NCBI GenBank assembly: GCA_036170245.1
Contig: JAVHOV010000036.1
Location: forward strand, 1 to 29,810
Source: an archaeon
GTDB lineage: Archaea; Iainarchaeota; Iainarchaeia; Iainarchaeales; JAAZKV01
Direction: 5' to 3'
DNA length: 29,810 nt
Notes under the pieces: model-generated
What the model was told of the DNA's origin: nothing
Databases searched by the model: none
Seen by the model: the letters and a program-made list of their open reading frames with translations, nothing else
Made by a program: the position numbers and the translations under genes
Part shown: positions 25,600 through 29,810 of the stretch, piece by piece
Position numbering within the stretch: position 1 is the stretch's first letter
How the letters are laid out: each line of letters starts with the position of its first letter

Positions 25600-26343
25600 A
25601 TGAGTGATTATGATAAAGAGAATAGAGCAAAAAAGTATTTGCTTACTGATGAAAGTTATAGGAAGAAATTATTTATTGGCCCGACTTATTTGAATCTTTT
25701 AGGGAATACAAAAGGTAAATCAATTGTTGATATTGGTTGCGGGAGCGGTTTTTCTTCAAGATTAATAAAAAAATCTGGGGCTAAAAGTGTTACTGGTATT
25801 GATAAATCAAAAAAACAAATTTTTTTAGCAAACGAAATTGAAAAGAAAGAAAAGTATAATATAAATTATTTAGTTGGAAATATTGCAAGTACTTCTTTTT
25901 TTAGCAATAATAAATTTGATATTGCTGGTGCTGAGCTTTTATTGCATAATGCAAAAACAAAAAAAGAATTATTTATTATGTGCAAAAATATTTCCCTTCT
26001 TTTAAAAAAAGGGGGAAAATTTGTGATGGTTAATCAGGACCCAGTGAATTTTAAATTAGGTAAAATTAGGTTCAATGAAAAATACGCGTATTCTGGCAAG
26101 AAAGACGGTTCAAAAATAAAATGCACTCTTTATACAAATTCAAAAAGAAAGATTTGTTCAGTTACAGTGTATCATTGGAATAAAGATGTTTATGAACAAG
26201 CACTCATTAAATTTGGATTTACTAATATTAAGTGGTACAATTTAACTAAATCAAAAGATGCAGACCTTATTTTGGGTAAAAAAAGAGCTGATGAGTTCAT
26301 GCAAGCTCTTCCTTCAGTTGGACTCAGCTGTACTAAAAAATAA
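25600..26343 (+). CDS. Class I SAM-dependent methyltransferase
   Basis: IVDIGCGSG, VTGIDKS, FDIA, LKKGGKFV. Confidence 0.9.
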   Translation: MSDYDKENRAKKYLLTDESYRKKLFIGPTYLNLLGNTKGKSIVDIGCGSGFSSRLIKKSGAKSVTGIDKSKKQIFLANEIEKKEKYNINYLVGNIASTSFFSNNKFDIAGAELLLHNAKTKKELFIMCKNISLLLKKGGKFVMVNQDPVNFKLGKIRFNEKYAYSGKKDGSKIKCTLYTNSKRKICSVTVYHWNKDVYEQALIKFGFTNIKWYNLTKSKDADLILGKKRADEFMQALPSVGLSCTKK

Positions 26344-26370
26344 CTTTTATTTGTTTACAAATATTGCTAA

Positions 26371-26679
26371 TTAGTTTGTAAGTATCAGCAAAAATGAAGT
26401 GTTTTTGAGTACCTTAAGTGAATGAACTTCTTTTTTCTTCATATGAATCAAAACATTTTTAGCCATTTTAATTTTTTTACCCTTGAGTGTGAAAATCCCT
26501 TCTCCTTCTATAACTAAAACAAATCCTTCTTTGGTTGAAGTGTGTTCGCTAAGTTCTGAACCTTTGCTCATGCAAAAAAGAGTAGTGTCGCCTGATTCAT
26601 TTTTTACTAGAACTTTACTAAGTATTCCGCTTTTTGGGTATTCAATTAATTTTTCGAGTTCAAAATTATTTTCTTTCAA
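26371..26679 (-). CDS. Cupin-domain protein
   Basis: TLFCMSKGSELSEHTS...VIEGEG...HSL; TTG start preceded by GTGAT. Confidence 0.85.
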   Translation of the reverse strand: MKENNFELEKLIEYPKSGILSKVLVKNESGDTTLFCMSKGSELSEHTSTKEGFVLVIEGEGIFTLKGKKIKMAKNVLIHMKKKEVHSLKVLKNTSFLLILTN

Positions 26680-26935
26680 GCTATCACTTGGTTAGTTTAA
26701 GGGTTAAATGTTAATAAATGTATTTTGTTCTCCTTCTTTTGCAAAATTTAGCTTTTTTACTTAATTAGTTTGCTTAATGAAAGTTTGAATTTTAACCCAA
26801 GAAATACATTTTTAAAGGTTTTTAGGGACTAAGTATGTTAGAAAACTGCTTTTAGTGAACAACTTTTATTTTTCTTGCAGTTAAGAAAGAGAACAGTTAG
26901 AGAGTTAGAATTTTAGAAAAAATGGGGTTATTATT

Positions 26936-27694
26936 ATGAATCATTATAGGGAAATTGAAGGCTTGCCAATTAGTTTAATCAGTGAAAGAACTGCATTCAG
27001 ACCTTTTATGGGTACAACAGCAGTTAACCCTAACTCAAAAATCGAGGGCAAAAAAACAGGGACTACTACAGTTGGAGTAATAGGAAATGGATTTGTTTTA
27101 CTTGCTGCAGATCAACAAGCCACAATGGGAAGCGTTGTAGCTGATGAAGACGCACAAAAAATTTACCAAATTACTGATTACGTTGCATTAACAATTTCAG
27201 GCGGAGTGGGAGATGCACTTGCAATTATAAGATTCTTAAAAGCACAGGCAAATTTATACGAGATAGAAAGGGGAACAAGAATAACTCCTAGAGCAGTTGC
27301 TTCACTTTTATCAAATGTTTTAAACGGAAACAGATATTACCCATTTATATTCATGCCATTAATCGGCGGAGTAAATAACAAAGCTGAACTTTATGAAATA
27401 GATCCTGTTGGAAGTATTGCTGACAAGAAGAGATATGGGGTTACAGGATCTGGATCAGATTTTGCAATTTCAATCCTTGATGCTGACTTTAAAGAAGGGA
27501 TGACTGAAGATGAAGCTTTGGCTCTTGGAGTAAAAGCAGTAATGGCTTCAAAGAACAGAGATATTTACACAGGCGGAAGAACAATTTCTGTAGTAATACT
27601 TGACAAAGAAGGATATAGACAAGTTGATTCAAAAGAAGTTGAAAAAGCAATAGCAAAAACAAAAATTAATTTTGCAAAACTCCCAAAAATGTAA
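26936..27694 (+). CDS. psmB: Proteasome beta subunit
   Basis: Propeptide cleavage site KTG|TTTVG, LAADQQATMG, GSGS, RDIYTG. Confidence 0.95.
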   Translation: MNHYREIEGLPISLISERTAFRPFMGTTAVNPNSKIEGKKTGTTTVGVIGNGFVLLAADQQATMGSVVADEDAQKIYQITDYVALTISGGVGDALAIIRFLKAQANLYEIERGTRITPRAVASLLSNVLNGNRYYPFIFMPLIGGVNNKAELYEIDPVGSIADKKRYGVTGSGSDFAISILDADFKEGMTEDEALALGVKAVMASKNRDIYTGGRTISVVILDKEGYRQVDSKEVEKAIAKTKINFAKLPKM

Positions 27695-27801
27695 AGTAAA
27701 GATGGGAGTTTTTTTGTTTCTTTTGATTATTTAATTTTAGGATTAATATACAATGCAAGACTTTTTTGAATTTACAAAACAATAAAACATGAGTTGATTT
27801 A

Positions 27802-29706
27802 ATGGTACAAAAAATAAAAATATTGGACGATATAAACGAGACTTTGAAAAAAATAGTTCCTGATTCTTGCGGAATAACTAAAGTAGAAATGGAAGGGCCT
27901 GAAGTAATAATATACACTAAAAACCCTGGCGCATTCTTTTCAACTGAAAACTTGGTTTCAAAAATTGCTTTTGAATTAAAAAAGAGAGTAAATATCAGAA
28001 CTGATAAATCTCTTTTAAGTAATCCTGAACAGGCAAAAAAAATTATACTGGAATTAATTCCTGCTGATGCGGATGTAAAAGAAATTTACTTTGAAGAACC
28101 ATTCAGCGAAGTTGTAATTGAAGCAGTGAAGAAAGGAATAGTAATTGGAAAAGGTGGAGAAATATCAAAGAAAATAATTCTTCAAACTGGATGGACTCCA
28201 AGAATCTTAAGAGCACCTACTTCAAAATCAGAAATATTATCTGGAATTCGAAAACACTTATTTAGACACGCTGATGAAAGAAAAAAATTCTTGCTAAAAA
28301 CTGCTGAAGAAATTTATGCTCCAAGAACTGAAACTAAAAGACAATGGATTAGGCTAATGGCTCTTGGTGGATTTAGAGAAGTTGGACGAAGCTGTATGCT
28401 ACTTGAAACTGAAAGTACACGAATTCTGCTTGATGCAGGGTTAAACTTCAGTGCTGATGATCCGTATCCATACATTGATGCTTTAGGTTATCCGTTAAGC
28501 GAGATTGATGCAATTGTAATTTCACACGCACACTCGGACCACACTGGATTACTTCCATTCATTTACAAAATGGGTTTTGACGGACCGGTTTATTGCACAG
28601 AACCAACAAGAGACCTAATGACTCTACTACAATTTGATTATCTTGATGTAAGTGTATCTCAGGAAAAAACTCCTCCTTACTCAGAAATTGATGTAAAAAA
28701 TACTCTATTACACTCAATAACAAGAGAGTACCGAGAAGTAACGGATATTGCTCCTGATGTTAGATTAACTCTTCACAACGCTTCCCATATTTTAGGATCA
28801 AGTTCAGTTCACTTAAATATTGGAGAAGGAGCGCACAATTTAGTTTACAGTGGGGATATCAAATACGGATTAACTCGATTGTTTGATAATATTGATATTA
28901 AATATCCTAGAATTGAAACTTTAATTATTGAAAGTACTTATGGTTCAAGAGATGCTGTGCAATTATCAAGAGAAGAAGCTGAACAAAAACTAATTGAAAT
29001 AATTCAGGAAACTACACAATTCGGCGGAAACGTTTTAATTCCAGTATTTGGGGTTGGAAGAGGACAAGAAATATGCATGGTTATTGAAGACGCATACAAA
29101 AGAGGATTAATCTCAGACAAGAACAGTATTTATGTTGAAGGAATGGTAAAAGAAGCAAGTGCAATACACACAGCATACCCTGAATACTTAAGACAAAGTT
29201 TAGAAAAAAGAATTTTGACAAATGATTCACCATTTGATTCAGGATTATTTAAATCAGTAAAAAAAGAAGACCGAGACAAGATCTGCCAAGGAAGCGGAGC
29301 AGTAATACTTTCAACTTCTGGAATGATGAGTGGCGGGCCGGTAATTGATTACTTCCACAAGTTAGCAGAAAACCCTGCCAACACTTTAGTGTTTGTTGGA
29401 TACTTAGCTGAAGGAACTTTCGGAAGAAAAATTCAGCAGGGACTAAAAACATTGCCAATTTCTGATAATGGAAAAACAAAAAGACTTGAAGTAAAAATGA
29501 GAATAGAAACAATCGATGGATTCAGTGGACACTCTGATTTTAATCAACTTTTAGGTTACGTTTCTTCACTGAAACCAAAGCCAAAGAAAATAATTGTAGA
29601 TCACGGGGATCCTGCAAGAAGTGTAGAATTATCAAAAACACTCTCTGCTAAATTTGGAATAAGTTCAAGTGCAATTAGAAACTTAGAAGCAGTAAGACTA
29701 AGGTAA
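27802..29706 (+). CDS. fttA: Beta-CASP ribonuclease aCPSF1 (FttA), with KH domains, MBL and beta-CASP
   Basis: KH motif VIGKGG, LGGFREVGRSC, SHAHSDH, HILGS, IESTYG, FSGHSD; adjacency to psmB is a known conserved archaeal arrangement. Confidence 0.93.
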   Translation: MVQKIKILDDINETLKKIVPDSCGITKVEMEGPEVIIYTKNPGAFFSTENLVSKIAFELKKRVNIRTDKSLLSNPEQAKKIILELIPADADVKEIYFEEPFSEVVIEAVKKGIVIGKGGEISKKIILQTGWTPRILRAPTSKSEILSGIRKHLFRHADERKKFLLKTAEEIYAPRTETKRQWIRLMALGGFREVGRSCMLLETESTRILLDAGLNFSADDPYPYIDALGYPLSEIDAIVISHAHSDHTGLLPFIYKMGFDGPVYCTEPTRDLMTLLQFDYLDVSVSQEKTPPYSEIDVKNTLLHSITREYREVTDIAPDVRLTLHNASHILGSSSVHLNIGEGAHNLVYSGDIKYGLTRLFDNIDIKYPRIETLIIESTYGSRDAVQLSREEAEQKLIEIIQETTQFGGNVLIPVFGVGRGQEICMVIEDAYKRGLISDKNSIYVEGMVKEASAIHTAYPEYLRQSLEKRILTNDSPFDSGLFKSVKKEDRDKICQGSGAVILSTSGMMSGGPVIDYFHKLAENPANTLVFVGYLAEGTFGRKIQQGLKTLPISDNGKTKRLEVKMRIETIDGFSGHSDFNQLLGYVSSLKPKPKKIIVDHGDPARSVELSKTLSAKFGISSSAIRNLEAVRLR

Positions 29707-29761
29707 AAATTAATTGGATTTTTTTCTGATTAATTTTTCTAATTTTTTCTTTAATATTTTT
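29706..29761 (+). terminator. AT-rich hairpin and oligo-T tracts after aCPSF1
   Basis: AAAAATTAATTGGA-TTTTT-TCTGATTAATTTTT followed by further T runs. Confidence 0.5.
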
Positions 29762-29767
29762 AATTAG

Positions 29768-29810
29768 TCGAGCGGGAAATCTGCATCTTTTAAGATGCGG
29801 ATGAAAGCGA
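29768..29810 (+). mobile_element. Probable end of an IS200/IS605-family element (subterminal hairpin), truncated by the window edge
   Basis: Abrupt rise in GC; GAAA-TCTGCATCT-TTTA-AGATGCGGA-TGAAAG, a hairpin with TTTA loop like IS605-type ends. No tnpA or tnpB visible. Confidence 0.5.

Noticed and set aside
26730..26765. Possible fifth, highly decayed repeat (TGCAAAATTTAGCTTTTTTACTT)
   Set aside because: It lacks the G-rich acceptor strand and is indistinguishable from AT-rich background.
26936..27061. Long 42-aa psmB propeptide
   Set aside because: Propeptide length is variable and an alternative ATG at 27008 exists, so it is not clearly unusual.

Overview
This is AT-rich archaeal DNA. Archaeal markers are psmB next to aCPSF1, taw1, DUF2666, intron-containing tRNAs without encoded CCA, TATA boxes and GGTGA ribosome-binding sites; a DPANN lineage (possibly Iainarchaeota/Diapherotrites-like) is my inference only. 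In order, the window holds: the 3' end of an IS5-family element, a P-type ATPase, a YkgJ-family protein, tRNA-Thr(TGT) with intron, a CxxC-x17-CxxC zinc-ribbon protein, two giant paralogous membrane-anchored surface proteins (2203 and 1737 aa), GNAT, taw1, DUF2666, PAP2, tRNA-Tyr(GTA) with intron, an accessory tract, a cupin, psmB, aCPSF1, and a probable IS200/IS605 end at the right edge. The most striking feature is four degenerate direct copies of the tRNA-Tyr 3' end (T-loop, 3' acceptor strand and usually the oligo-T). They partition the DNA downstream of the tRNA into four 0.5-1.1 kb co-oriented units of one or two genes (Cys-rich protein, methyltransferase, Fic, nucleotidyltransferase plus small partner), with no integrase in view. 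This resembles an integron-like, tRNA-anchored cassette array. tRNA-Thr also has a duplicated 3' end. All family calls come from motifs recognised by eye; no searches were run.
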